This document shows positions 1 through 13,617 of a stretch of 60,000 nucleotides of DNA, piece by piece. Origin of the DNA: Lama glama (taxonomy: Eukaryota); assembly GCA_028534125.1 (NCBI GenBank), contig CM052816.1, positions 65,846,001-65,906,000 on the forward strand, written 5' to 3'. A program made the translations under genes and the position numbers. The notes beneath the pieces were generated by a model that did not search any database, was not told the DNA's origin, and worked only from the letters and a program-made list of their open reading frames with translations. Within the stretch, counting starts at the first letter, position 1; every line of letters begins with the position of its first letter.

Positions 1-277
1 TTTGGTACAATATGGTCTCTGTGATCACTTCATACTCAGCTTTTCAAAGGACTGTTACAGGTTCACTTTATTCTCTGGCCTAGGGAATAAATCAGCAGAC
101 TTCTACAGCCTTTTCCTTAAAAGCTGATTCTGATTCTCTGTGCAGTACCACATTGCTAGTAGTTTTCCTAATCAATCACCATAAGGCCATGCAGCCTTCT
201 AAGATGTTTTCTTTAAATTCTTAGTTCTTTTATAGTTCCTATGTATGAGCATGAATTCTTATTAATATCAGTACAGT

Positions 278-458
278 GGCATAATCAACAAGGACCTATT
301 GTATAGCACAGGGAACCAAATTCAGTATCTTGTAATAGCCTATAATGAAAAAGAATATGAAAAGGAATATATATATATGTGTGTATAACTGAAACACTGT
401 GCTGTATACCAGAAAGTAACACAATGTTGTAAACCAACTATATTTCAAAGAAAAAGAA
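278..458 (+). mobile_element. L1 3' end (cetartiodactyl/camelid type), 5'-truncated
   Basis: AACAAGGACCTATTGTATAGCACAGGGAAC...AAGAATATGAAAAGGAATAT...GTAAACCAACTATA then an A tail. Possible TSD ATCAGT(A/G)CAG at 267-276 and 459-468. Confidence 0.85.
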
Positions 459-484
459 ATCAGTGCAGCAAGGAGATAAACGAG

Positions 485-1080
485 TGTGTAAGGTAGAATG
501 CTTGTAGCTGTAACAGAAAGCTTTAACTTGGCTGGCTTAAACTGTAAGCAATCCTGGGTGGGGAGGGGCCGAGGACAGCTCAATTCACTCAGTAACTCAG
601 TGACGTAATCAAAAGCCTGAGTCTTTTCCATCTTTATTTTTTTGCCTTCCTTGAGTGTCTGTGATTTTTCTGGCTTATTCTGTTATGATCTCAAGATGTC
701 TGTCACAGTTCTAGCTATCAAAGGCAGAAATCCATGACTAGTGAATAAAGAATGATCTTCTTTTCTTTTTATCTTCTTTAAGAGGGAGAAAAATTCTTCC
801 CAAACAGACCCCTCCGTGCCCACCCCACCCACCCCCTCATCTGACTTCTCTTTAGCGTCTCATTGGTCAGAATTTCATCACAAGCCAGTGCCTTAATCAA
901 TCACTACTGCAGAAATGGTACCTTCATAATTAGCTGAGACAATCAGCTTTCCCTCATGGGCCCTGGGGCTGAGGCTCACCTCCTTATGGGTCCATGGCTG
1001 TGTAGATACTTGAATTACATTAAGGATCTAGTCAGAAGATGAAATTGCTCTTGGTTAAGCCACTTATACAGTCAGCTACG
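485..1080. mobile_element. Old MaLR (MLT1-type) LTR remnant
   Basis: GCTGTAACAGAAA...CTGGCTTAAAC start and CTCATTGGTCAGAATT...CCTTAATCAATCACT motifs resemble MLT1 LTRs. Confidence 0.55.
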
Positions 1081-1109
1081 AGTTAATCAGAAATTGTGGT
1101 ATATAGGGT

Positions 1110-1860
1110 AGTAAGTGCTCTAGGGAAGCATGTAAATGCCATAGAAACACACAAGAGCACCTCTCCAGGCCTGCCAGAGCAGCGGGGGAAGGAAAGAGAG
1201 TGGTCTTCTAAAGAAAGTGTTACCTGATCTGAGACATAAAGGAAAAGAGATAACCAAGGAAAGAGTAGTGGTGAGGAGGGTGGAGAGAGGGTATCAGATG
1301 GACAGAATACCACGTGCCAATGACTGGGAATAAGAGAGAACATAATGGGTTTGGGGAGATGCAGAAAATTCAGTTGCATAAAGTAGAGAGCATAATGTGA
1401 ACATTAATCAGAAACAGGCTAGAGAAGTGTCCTGAGATAGATAATAAAAGGTCTAATTAGTCAAATAGAAATTTATACTTCATTCTGCTGCAGTGGGGAG
1501 CCAATGAAAGATTTTAAGAGCAAATGACATTATCAGATATGCACTCAAAACAATCTCTTTGGCTGTTGTGCAAAATTGGTTTGCACCTGGAGGTAGGTAG
1601 AACAGATGAGAATTAATTCCTGTCAACCCATGGGGAAATGATGATGGGGCTGCAGAGAGGTGGGTAGATTTGACTGGTATTTAGGAGCTTTGATGAAATA
1701 GGACTTGGTTAATAGGAGGTGAGAGAAGTAGAGAGCAGTAATCACTCAGATTTCTGGCTTGGGCAACTAGGAAAATGGAGAAGACATTTTATTGAGTTAA
1801 GCTCCAGATTTGGATGGGAAGAAGCTTGATTTAAATTGTAACCAATTGGTTTGAGGGGCC
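1110..1860 (-). mobile_element. L2 fragment
   Basis: GGGGAGCCAATGAAAGATTTTAAG...TGACATTATCAGAT...CTCTTTGGCTGTTGTG and GGACTTGGT...TTCTGGCTTGGGCAACT are typical antisense L2 motifs. Confidence 0.65.
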
Positions 1861-2321
1861 ATTCTTTTTGAAATTCAAGAGAAATATTCCTGTTCTTAAA
1901 ACACTTTGAGACACTGAAGGCTGTATTAACCAAAAAGTGATACAGGAGAGTACTAGAGGAATTGTGATTTGTTGCCAAAGGTGATATGCGAAAGAAGAGA
2001 CTGATACAATTGAGACAAGAAAGTGCTTCTTCTTCTTCCTAAGGGACAGAGGAGTGAGAGAATCTGAAATTCCTTATGAAAGATAAAAATTATAGTTGAG
2101 TTGTGCCTGTAAAAATTAGACAAATGGGAATTGCAGAGGAGTGGGGCGCTATACAGTATGTGAGGCAGGTTTGAGGAATGGTATTGGCTGGATTGCTAGG
2201 GCAAGTTGACTGGGTTTAATAGAATATAAAGTTTGTGGACTGACTGAACTGGCCAGAACTCTTGGAATCCCAAGAGAAAATAACTATATGTATTAACTAG
2301 AATGATCTTTCATTGCAAGGT

Positions 2322-2730
2322 GTGTTACTTAGTTGTTGATACAGTAATGCTACCTAGAAACCAACCACAAAATACCAGTAGCATTGAACAATAGGCATTT
2401 TGTTTCTTGCTCCTAGGTCTGCCAGTGGGCTGGGGTGGCTCTGCCTCAGGGTGCACATTGCCTTCATTTTGTTTGTTCTCATGTTTCTTCTTCTTGGACC
2501 AGTTCCTTGGGCCTGTTCTTGTCATGGCATAGTTGACAACTCCCAGAGTGGCAAGAGGAATCACTTTACAACTTGTAAGGTCTCAGCTTGGAACAGGAGT
2601 ATCATTTGAGCCTGCATTCTGTTAGTCAAACCACATAACATGGTCAAACTCATTATCATTCAGGGAGTGGGGAGAGTAGGGCAGAAGGACAAAGAAGACA
2701 GTGACTGATGAATAACAACCTCATCCATGG
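2322..2730. mobile_element. MaLR (MLT1I/J-like) LTR remnant
   Basis: AGTAATGCT...AACCACAAAAT.CCAGTAGCATT.AACAATAGGCATTT...GGGCTGGGGTGGCTCTG. Confidence 0.6.
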
Positions 2731-5149
2731 TGCAAGGATAGACAGAAAGCTGAGATATCATGGAATTTGACCCATCAGCCACAAAGCTACTGGAACACCA
2801 GGGTTCTCGACTGTGGAACGCCCAACGGGTTTCTTAAGCACGCTCAGGAGAGCAATCCAATTTGAGTGACCTCATTTTTTGCCCTGCACTTCTGCTTTCC
2901 AAGGAAATGTCATGGGCTCATAAACTGCTCATGGAGCTGATTAATTATTGGTCAGAATCAGAACCAAATACTCCATGACCATCTATGGTCATGACTAGTT
3001 TCCTTTGGGCTTATGCAATATTATCAGTCCCTTCCTCTAAGACTAGTTAGAGGTTAATATGACCTCCCTCACCAGCACTACTGAGTGAGTGATAAGAACT
3101 AAAGTAATTAAAAAAATGATTGTACTATTTTCCTTAACATGTATTTTTTGGACCACTTCCACAAATCCAGCACATTTATGAAAGCCAAGCTAAGACATTG
3201 TGCTGGTTATTATACCAATAATGTGTTTCAACTTAATTATCTCTGAGAAAATATGCGGCCCATAGAAGTGACATAATTTTCCCAACATTGCAGAGCTAAG
3301 TGGCACCTGAGACTTGAAGACATCCTCAAACTATGTTATCTCCAAATCTCTACTTAACTGCTGCATAAGCAAGAGATTTTAACCATTTTTTGAGTTCCCG
3401 AATTGAAGATATATGACTACAACTGCATTAATCGATCTATAAATTCTCAGGTCCAAAGAGTCTCTTGGTGCTTGAGTAGAACCTGTTGTGTATGTGTGTG
3501 CATGTGTGTATGTCCTGTTCTTAGAAGATCTTTTAATATGAATACTGGTGATGTGATCATATAATACAGCAAGGGAACTCAGTTCCTGCTGCCTGTACTT
3601 CCCACATTCCACCCAGCACTTCTCTCATTTCATCCTGTGGCTTCTGTGCCACTAGCAATGACCAGTGACTCAAAAAGGCTGCATACAGAGGAAAAAGATT
3701 TCCTTTCCAGACATAGTTCTGCCCTGATATGTGTCTTCCCACCACCAAGACGAAAATGAGTGACTCTTCCTCCTCTCTCCATCCCATAGACATTTCAGAG
3801 CAAAGCTGTGGCTTCTAATTCATGATTACTTTTCCAGTGCAGACTCTCTTTGATGTGAAAGGAGGCTTTTGAGAGAGAGGAAAAAAGAGCAGGGAGAACC
3901 TGAAGATAAGAAGATGAGCGAGAGACTCAATGTAGGAAATATATTCATGTTTAATCCTTTACAGCTTAAATCCTACTGAGACCCTCAAGTATTAACTGTC
4001 ACAGGGATTGTGCAGTTAATAAAAATCTGATTCCAACCCTAAGCATAATTATCTTGTCCAGGCAGAGCCGTATATCTGAGGACTTAACACTACACCCGTC
4101 ATAGGAGTGAGGTCTCAGCCAAGGCCAGTTTCTAGAAGTGCCTTCCTGGGGAGCAAGAAAGACGTAGTCTAGGTAGCATAGCAGGTGCACTGTGAGAACC
4201 CGTAAGGGTGCCAAGTTGAAGGAGTAAGAATAGAGGGCAAGTCAGAGAGAGGGTTTGGGAGCTGTATAGACATAATAAACTGAGATTCAACAAAGTACTG
4301 ATAGAGTTAGATCAAGTTTAATATGAATATTAAGAAACCCAGTGTTCCATCCCTGGGTTAACTACTTTTCTGCTGGAGTCAGTTCTTAGAGCAACAGACT
4401 TTCAAAATTAAATGAGTTATTCTGTTTGCTATAAGTAAAATTATCAATTGAAAAAATAGTAGACTACTTAAGTGATTTGTCTTAATGAAAAATAACAAAG
4501 GCCTTAAACAAATCGTTGTTTGGTTGGTGGATTGAATGAATGAAGAGAAAGTGAAGGAGAGAGGGAGGGAAGGAAGCAAAGGAGGGAGAGCAGATAGGGC
4601 AATATGTCCTCTAATTTCACTATTTTTAAAAGCCAGTATTTGTTATTAATAAATTATACCCTCTCAAATTTTATACCAGTTTTCAGTCTTCACAACTCAG
4701 ATGTCACATCTCCATGTACTATGTTCATTAAATGGTTTTGAGATTTTAAAGAGATAACAATGTTGGCAGCTCAAAAGTTTTTTTATAGACTGCTAGAGAT
4801 AAAATATGGGTAACAATCTATATCAAATAAGTATAATTACAAGTAAATGCTTCTAAGTTAAAATTCAGTAAGATGTTATGATTAAAAATATTTCACCCTA
4901 TTTTCCCCCAGTATAAAGATTTCTCCTACATAATAGCTCATACTGCAGAGAGTGTCTGTAAATTCTGGGAACATCGATAATGTTTTATATTTTAATATGC
5001 TAAAGATGTCCTTTTTGATTTTACATATTGTCACCTATGTTTCCAGACCTCCAGGCACAAAGTGTTTACATGTATTAATTCATTTAGGCTGCTTGGTTGG
5101 TATTTCTCTCGCCTTATCACCACCTCACCCCTAACAGGTGAGCTTGTGT

Positions 5150-5177
<28 letters not shown>
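5150..5177. repeat. (AC)n microsatellite
   Basis: Direct reading. Confidence 0.95.
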
Positions 5178-5180
<3 letters not shown>

Positions 5181-6785
5181 TGGTGTTAGAATTCTGTCTA
5201 TCATGGAATTCTAGAACATGAAAGCACATGATTGGCCACAGAGACTCTAAAGGTGAGACTGGGGTTGTGACCAGCACTATCCTAGCATTTATGGGTGTGG
5301 GCCGGGTGGCTCCTCCACTGACCCTTGGCCGTAGTTTTGCTACATTGCTTTAGAAGTGGTGTGGGGAGTTTTATTTTATTTTACTTTTTGGTATTTCTCT
5401 TGGGTCCCGCAGAACTGGCTTAAGGTTTAGAAGGCATCCTCCCATCTGCATTTGGAAAAATACATTTTGAAAACTTTTCCTGATATGGAAATGTAAAAGT
5501 CATTGACAAACTTTGACTATAGCATTTCTAGAAACAGTTTCATAAGAGTACTTTGTTGCTTTTCCCAACAGAATTTTAACTGGGTATAATGCGTAAAATA
5601 GATCCTCGCTAAATCTAAGAGACAAAACCACGTTCAGATGTTGTAATTATAGGTCACCTCAAAAATATTAGTAACATCTTTTTATATAGACTCTGTTGAT
5701 ACCTTACCCATGCAAAAGAAAAAAAAAATGCAGAATCATGGCTGAAGTTTCTGTGGGGCTAGACTAAAGCCAGCCATCGCCATGTAATTTCCATGACTTT
5801 CTCCCCATCAATGGAAAATTACTGTCTGCTGAGCCAGAGTCTACAGACTGTGCGCAAATGTCTGTTTCCTTTGCACAACTGAGTGTTTGAAACTTTTTTC
5901 AATTGGTAAAATTACCGTTAAAGGTCAGAGATTCGTTTTTCATGCGTGATAGATTCCATTTGCCTTGAAAGTATTATACCAGGAGGGTAGACATTTTTTC
6001 TGACTTTTGAACCAAATTGGAATTCTAATATTCAGTTTTGCGTCAACCCCAAACCATTTCCTTTCGTTTTTTTCCCCCCTTGGCAAAATGATACTTTTTT
6101 TTTAAATGAGGAAGAAAGACTTCTGAAAAATATATCTATGTATGTATGTTCTGCCGTATTTGAAATTAGCATGCTATCTAAGGATACTGAGCACCAGTTC
6201 TGTGGTTAAGTTTAACTCATCTTTCATTAGATTATAAACACTTGGAAAGCAAGCACTCTTTTCTAAATAAATACCCTTTGCAGTTGGTAACCTATTTTTT
6301 TTCCATGTGTTGTCTTAATTAATGATTACCCAAAATGAACATAAAGGCTATGTTCTTCCTTCTTAAAGGAAAATTTTCCCCAGTCCATGGTTGGAGATAA
6401 AATGTCTTAAAAATTAATCCACATGTAGGTTGAGCTAAAATGTCAGCAGCCGTCTTGTGCAGAAGGAGGCTGGGCTTAGGTAGCTTATTTCTTTAACACA
6501 CTGCTGTTAATTACAAAAATAATACATCCAGAAATTGTGGCGCAAGAAGTAAAAAATTCTCGCTTATTGTTCTACAACAATAACACAATTATATTTTAAA
6601 ATTTTCCTTATTTCTTTACATATTTTCTCTTTCCATAAATTATAATCAGTCAGTACATGTACTTTTTTGCTCTGCTTCATTGACTACAAGGGAATATTCT
6701 CCCCTCTTTCAGAACCTTCTTTTTTTCTCTTTTTTAATGCTTTCTTTGGTGCGTTTGAAGCAATTTCAACTTAATGTTGCATATA

Positions 6786-7290
6786 CAGCTCTTTCTCGAC
6801 TTAGGGTGGGTTGCATCCCAATAAACCCATCATAAGTTGAAAATACGAAAAATCGAAAATGCATTGAATACAACTAACCTACTGGACATCACAGCTTAGC
6901 CTAACCTACTGTACACATGCTTAGACCACTGACATTAGCCTATGGTTGGGCAAAATCACCTAACACAAAACCTATTTTATAACAAAGTGTTGAATATCTC
7001 ATGTAATTTATTAAATACTGAACTGAAAGTGAGAGCCAGAATGGTGGTGTGGGTTCAGCCTGGTGGTAAGTGTACTGGTCGGTTGTCCTCATGGTTGTGT
7101 GGCTGACTGTGAGCTGTGGCCTGGCATCACGAGACAGAATCCTACTACATATTACTGGCTCAAGAAGAAGATCAAATTCAAAATTCCAAGTACGCTTTCA
7201 ACTGAATATGTATCACTCTTGCACCCCTGTGAAGCCGAAGAATCCTAAGTTTTCTTACCTTGTACGACCTTGTAAGTCAGGAAACTTGTA
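6786..7290 (+). mobile_element. Tc1/mariner Tigger5/MER47-like non-autonomous DNA transposon
   Basis: TA|CAG...CTCGACTTA.GGTGGGTTGCATCCCAATAAACCCATCATAAGTTGAAAAT at the left end and ...GTAAGTCAGGAAACTTG|TA at the right end: degenerate TIRs with TA target duplication. Confidence 0.8.
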
Positions 7291-7297
7291 TTCTCTA

Positions 7298-7431
7298 TTT
7301 ATTTATTTTATTTGGTGAGGAAGTAATTAAGTTTTTATTTATTTATCTTTAATGGGGGTACCAGGGATTGAACCCAGGACCTCCTACATGCTAGGCATGC
7401 ACTCTACCACTGAGCTATACCCTCCCCCCCT
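7298..7431 (-). mobile_element. tRNA-derived SINE (camelid Vic-1-like)
   Basis: Reverse complement reads GGGGAGGGTATAGCTCAGTGGTAGAGTGCATG...GGTCCTGGGTTCAATCCC (A and B boxes) with an A-rich tail. Perfect 17-bp TSD GAAACTTGTATTCTCTA at 7281-7297 and 7432-7448. Confidence 0.93.
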
Positions 7432-7549
7432 GAAACTTGTATTCTCTAAGCAGCTGCCCTTCAGGGAGTACACAGGTTTTTCTTTCTAAAACTCAAGGAG
7501 AATGCAGAGAATTTTGTGATTTTAATTAATTAATTATTGCATGTCAAAA

Positions 7550-7780
7550 AATTTAGTCTCAAATTCTTGCCCATTTATAAGTGTGGGGAATAGCTGTGTG
7601 GCCTAAGCAAGTCATTCAACTGTTCTGTGCCTCAGTCTTCTCCTCTGTACATGAGGATAACATCCAGGGTGGGTAATGGCAAAGTACTTTATTTGTTCTT
7701 GTTGTCAGTCTAATCTGACAGAAAAGATCAATTTGAAACAATTCACTAGGTTTGTCATGAACTATGTGATATTTATTTAA
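7550..7780 (+). mobile_element. MIR SINE
   Basis: TAGCTGTGTGGCCTAAGCAAGTCATTCAAC...GTGCCTCAGTCTTCTCCTCTGTA core. Confidence 0.7.
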
Positions 7781-9497
7781 ATGCTTCCCGTGTATTCCCC
7801 AGCAGAAGAAGCTGGGACTTACACTCAAATGTTGATTATGTATTCTGTCTCAAGGTGCATGCCGTGAGGTGATGTAGAAGTTCATCCCTTTCTCTGTCAT
7901 TTGTCAAGGCTCTATTACTCCAGGCTTATTTTACATAGAAAGGAGAACTGTCTCTGAAGGACGAAGTGAGATCAGTGACAACCCAAATGCCAGATGTTCT
8001 TTCGTCTTGCTGCCTTCTGAGACGTCAGGATTGGGCAGCACTGACAGGCATCTGCTTTGGTTTGAGGAGTAACTGGGAACTGAGTCAACCATCAGAGCAG
8101 AGGGCCTGGAAATACCAGAAGGTAAAATAAAGAGTTTACAGTGAGCTGTCCACTCGTAGCTCTGAGAATATCCAGCTACGTAACCTCCAGGGAGCTGCAT
8201 GGAAAAAATGAAGGAAATGCTTTGGGCTTTAGAGCTTTTCATTTCCTGTGAGCAGTGCGTCTCCTGCCCTTCTCTCACCCGCACCCCCATTGTCCTCGGT
8301 CGTTGTCTTCCTGCTAATTCCCTGCCCGGGCCCAGTGAGCCAGAGCCTAAGTTGTTTATGAGTATAAAGAACAGATGAAGTCAGACTGAAGTTGACTCTG
8401 TGCCGGGAGGGGCTATCATTTGGGGTATTGTTATGCTGCAGAGACGTACAGTGGGGTGGACCTAAAATGTCTCCTTAATGAAAAGGCTGTTGGGAAAGCC
8501 TGCTGGTCTCCTGCCGCGGTGCTATCTAACTATAGCACTGTGTTAACGGATTTCAGCAATGAGCTGAAAAGAATCATTAATCGGCCTCCCTCCCACTGAC
8601 CGATGAAGGCAGATGACACATGCACACTTGGTCCTGTTTACCTCCTCTAGTGAGTGGTATGAACGCAGCCACTTCTGGAGGGCCAGAATGGAGTCTTCTC
8701 AAAACCTTCTTTGGCTGGGGTTCTCCTTTCTTGCCAGTTGCTCCCCACCAAGCCACTGAGTACTCTCAAAGTCGAGACAAGTGCCAGAAACATCTGCGTT
8801 GGCTGAGATGTGCCCTGGCCTGCTAGAGGCAGCTGGTATGTGAAGAGGGACTTTCACCAGCTGCTAGCTCTCAAATTATCAGCCTGCTTTGACAGCTGGG
8901 GGGGATGGTGCATGCCTGTCCTGTGGCACTGAGGCCATGACCATTGTTTGTGACCACAGTCTCGATCCCTAAAGTAGACTTGAAAGTACTCCACTGAGAC
9001 AGGAAGGCAGTCCTGGAACCTAGCATCAGGTTTGGGAGTTAAGTGTCTAAAAACAGTGTCTTTCTCATTCCTCTGCCTCTGCCTATGTGTAAAGCAGGTG
9101 ATTTTTTCATGGAACTGAGAAAGATAGGTATTTATTCTGGCGAGTCAATATGCCAAGTTTCACAGCCATCATCAGTTAAGTTTGGTAAAGACTGCTTCCT
9201 CCATCCACAAGTGGAACCAACACCAAATTCTAGAGTTCATTCTGCAGAGCTGTTCCGTGGATAAGTTAATAGTTATAAAACATTATCTGGATAGAGCCTT
9301 TCCTCTTCCACGTAAGTCAAGATGACTTCCCCAGTCTACTTCTGCCCATCTGAGTATAGTTGGACTACAAGTCAGCAGCACGATGGAAATTTACTCTGAG
9401 CTTTATGATGTTCTAACCTGCTGAAATATCTAATTCTTTCTTCCTTCTTTCTAACCCAAATCACACCTGCACTCACTTGCTCTAGAACATGATCATC

Positions 9498-10768
9498 TAT
9501 TTTGAAGTAAATTGACAAGCAAAAAATGTGTATATTTAAGTGTACAACAGATTGGCATGATATACATATACATGCTGAAATGATTACCAGTCAAGTTCAT
9601 GAACACTTCCATCACCTCACAGGTACCTTTTTTGTTGTTGTTGTTGTTGTGTGGTAAGATCACTTAAAATCTATTCTCTTAGCAAATATCTAGTATATAA
9701 TACAGCATTTTCAACAGTCACCATGCTGTACATTAGCGCTTCAGAACTCATTTATTCTATTACTGAAAGTTTTTACCCTTTGACCAAAATCTTCCCATGT
9801 TCCCTGCTCCCCAGCCCCTGGTAACTGCTTTTCTACTCTCTGCTTCTGTGAGTTTGGCTTTTTTAGATTCCACGTATAAGTGAAATTATACATGATTTGT
9901 CTCTTTCTATCTGGCTTATTTCACTTGCCTAACTGTCCTCCAGGTTCATCAACATTGTCTCTTTCCTTCCTGGCTGAATTATATTCTATTGTGTATATGT
10001 GCCACATTTTCTCTATCCATTCACATGTTCATGGACACTTCGGTTATTTCTATATCTTGGCTACTGTGAATAATGCTTCTGTGCATGTGAAAGTGTGGAT
10101 ATTTCTTAAAGATAATGATTTCATTTCCTTTGGATACATACCCAGTAGTAGGATTGCCAAATCATATGATGGTTCTGTTTTTTTGAGGAACCCATACTGT
10201 TTTCCATAGTGGCTGCACCAATTAACATTCCCACCAACAGTACACAAGGGTTTGCTTTTCTCCACACACTCTCCAACATTTGTTTTGTTTGTCTTTTTGA
10301 TGAAGGTCATCCTAACAGATGTGAGATGATATCTCATTGTGGTTTTGATTTGCATTTCCCTGATAATTAATAATGTTGAGTACCTTTTTATGTACCTATT
10401 GGCCATTCGTATGTCTTCTTGGAAAAATGTCTTTTTAGGTTCTCCACACTATTTTTAATCAGATTATTTGAGATGTTGTTTGTTTGTTTCTTTGTTTGTT
10501 TTGGTTTTTGTTTTTTTGTACTGAGTTGCATGAGTTCCTTATATTATACATTTTGAATAGTAACCCCTTATCAGGTATGTGGTTTGCAAATATTATCTCC
10601 CATTCTATAGGATGCCTTTCCATTTCATTGATGGTTTCCTTTGCTGTACAGAAGCTTTTTAGTTTGATGTAGTCTCACACATTTATTTTTGCTTTTGTTG
10701 CCTGTGCTTTGAGTGCCATATGTAAAAAAATCATTGCCAGAACCAATGTCAAGAAATTTTTTTCTCTG
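9498..10768 (-). mobile_element. L1 (L1MA-like) 3'UTR plus decayed ORF2 C-terminus
   Basis: ORF 10050-10406 ([22 protein letters not shown]...[15 protein letters not shown]) is L1 ORF2 C-terminal sequence. A typical L1MA 3'UTR lies to its left. Confidence 0.92.
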
Positions 10769-11581
10769 TCATCAGCTACTTAAACTATTTCTATAACATA
10801 AAAAAATACATTCAATGTTCAAAAAAGAAGCCCAGATAGTATCTTTTGTAAAGGACTAGTTTTAGTGATCAGAAACATGTAAAGAAAACAGTCATTTTCA
10901 AAATTTCATAAACCTTGTGGTTACACTGATTCCAACTCCAAATTCTGATCTCCAGTATGCCTTTATGATTGCAAAGCTACAAGCACTCATAATGTGGGGG
11001 GTTGAGCCATCAGTTTTATTTGTCTTTGGATCAAATACTTAAGTGATGGTGGAAAGTCTAGAGAGTTTTTACCCTTCTTTGTTCTTTGTTATCTCATATC
11101 TTTTCTCATCCTTTCTTTCTCTCTCTGTTTTTAACAAAGCACCCCAAAACTGCTTCCTAATCCTATTCAGCAAAATGGACATCAAAATCACACCAAAATG
11201 TCTATTAACGCCTTCCCCCCACCTCACCATTTCACAGTGGGCTTTTTTCTTCCTAAGCTCTTAGGGAGGAAAAGAGTTTTAAAAGGTCCTTCACTGGCCT
11301 CAGACATTTGAAAAAACTCTATCCTTTTTTCGTTCCCAAAATTAAAATACTTGCTATAAATAATTGGAAACTCAGAAGCCATTCTGATGTATCTGACTTT
11401 TAAATAGTGTTGACTAATGACCAATTAATATGAATGCATGGTGGCGCCAGACTTTTTTTTCCCCTAAGACAGTTAAACCTTGTTAGAAAGGGGACATGGC
11501 TCAGTCATTAACAGTGAATTTAAGATTTACTGTTGATTGATTACATCTTTAGTGTATTCATTTTATTAAGGGATATGTCAA

Positions 11582-11622
11582 GTGTGCACACACACACACA
11601 CGTGTGTGTGTGTGTGTGTGTA
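11582..11622. repeat. (CA)n-(TG)n inverted microsatellite
   Basis: Perfect 30-bp palindrome 11587-11616 inside an alternating purine/pyrimidine tract. Confidence 0.95.
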
Positions 11623-12129
11623 TTTGTGTGTGCTGGTTCACACAGTCAGAAAATATATTGATTTCAGACTAACATTGATTTTGGCCCAGGCAAAGAAATT
11701 AGTATTTTCGTTCCTTCTAGAAATGACATTCACCTGCCAACATATGACCTATCACATTTGTATGACTCCCTAACACACACAAATAATAAAGTGTATTTTG
11801 ATTCATGTAGTAAACACTCTGAAGCTGTGAGCATATTTTTTTAATGCCAGTGTTTCTCACTGACCTACCCCCATGGCATGCTATTTCATGTGTGTGTGCC
11901 AAAGATTGAAAAGGCCAAATGGCAAAGAAGAGCAAGGATATAAAGAAACAAAGGAGAATCATGAGAAAACTTGGCAATTTATTAAAGTAAAATGATAGCA
12001 TTTCCGTGCTTGACAAAAATCAGACAAACTTAACAATCTCACTTTAATCTACTTTCATTTATAGCTTCCAAATCTCAATCCAAACTCTTCTTTGGTGTCA
12101 CAAAATAATGGGAGAGGCATGTACTGGTC

Positions 12130-12570
12130 TACGTTTCCCCATTAAGTAAACCCTGTTACAAGGAATTCGAGGAGTTTAGATAATCCACCAATTGTAAGTG
12201 AAGGAGTGGGCAAGTGAGGGAATAGGAGGACATAAATCCATCATCAAGCCAGTTACTCTGTTGGGAAAGTAGAGATAAATCCCACTGGGGCTCTACAAGA
12301 CACTCTGTTTGGAACACTCCCCAGAGTTATCCCATCCATGGGATGAGGAAGCTGGAGTTCTTATCCATCAACTTGCCACCCATCACCTGTTTCTGGGGAT
12401 CATTAACCACCCATCACTCTAGTTTACCCATCCATGGGCCAAACATGTAACTCTGGCCAGAAAAATAGCCCTTCGGCAGAGAAGCACAGATATTTAAAAA
12501 AAAAAAAAAACTTCAGGCAGGGATCTGCAAGTTTTTGGAGTAACTAGCTTTGAGAGGTAGGTGTTCAGAG
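12130..12570. mobile_element. ERVL LTR (LTR33-like)
   Basis: ATCAAGCCAGTTACTCTGTTGGG...AATCCCACTGGGG...CCAGAGTTATCCCATCC...GAAGCTGGAGTTCTTATCCATCAACT resembles LTR33 as recalled. Confidence 0.6.
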
Positions 12571-13617
12571 GCTAAAGGCAGCAGTTCCCTCCCCTGTGAG
12601 GGTCATAGACACAGAGTTAATTTCATCTGCATGTCTATGCAAGTATTTTGAATTATCCTGTGTATTTGAAAAATTTAAACAAAACTATTATTGTTTTTGT
12701 ATTGATACCTTGTTATTTGAATACATGACATCAAAGATGATCTTAATAAACACAAAGCAAATTCATTTAATTTATCACACCATCAGATGGACGGTCATCT
12801 GTTTAATTGATGTCTTCTGTTGACCACCATTTGAAATAAGAGCTTCCATAGGATGAGATTTAAAGATATTTCTCTACAAGCTGTTTAATTATAATAGGCT
12901 TTTAAAATACTTTATCACATCATAAACCTTCAAAATAAAATGATTGCTTATCTTCTAAAATCCATAGAAAATTTTTCTTAAACGTCATTCTCAATTACCA
13001 CTTTCTCAGCAAAGATAAAACAATTGTTTTATCAGCTGAAATGTGATTTCGTCAAGTGTAAGATGAAGTAAACCAGGTGGTACATTGAGCTTTCTTTTGA
13101 TTTAGGAAGAAAAAGGCAATATTTTATTTATGACTAATTCAAGAATTTTAAGAAGTTCTCCTAAATCATGTCAGCAACAAGGCGAAAACAGAAGCCTGGA
13201 ATCCCAAGCTTCGAGCGAACTTTAAAAGTTGTACCTACTCCCCAGAGCCTGACTGCCTGCCATCACATTTCTGCTGTGTGGTCTTCTACCCAAAGCCCCA
13301 GTACCTCCCCTCACACAAACTGCCTCTTCCACCAGCTGCAGGGGAGCCTGTTCTACTTCTGTTAAAATGTTCCTCTTGAAAGAATTTCAAATCTCTTCAT
13401 CAAAATTTCCCGGTGGAATAACACTTCACATCACTGCAGGTGTCTCTGAGACCTTGACTGTCCTTTGTGTCTCTGTCATTCCTCACAAAAGAATGGACTT
13501 CTCTTTTCTACCAGCTTTCAAGCCCCTATCCAGGATCCTCTTTCCTTGAGATCTTTGACTATCCATCCCACAAGGATTTTTCCTTCTCTACTTTCTTTTC
13601 ATAACAATCATGATCTG

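Noticed and set aside
9880..10672. ORFs within L1 (also 26360-27120, 27784-28194, 44807-46203)
   Set aside because: Decayed L1 ORF2/3'UTR or their antisense frames, with stops and frameshifts. No intact element.
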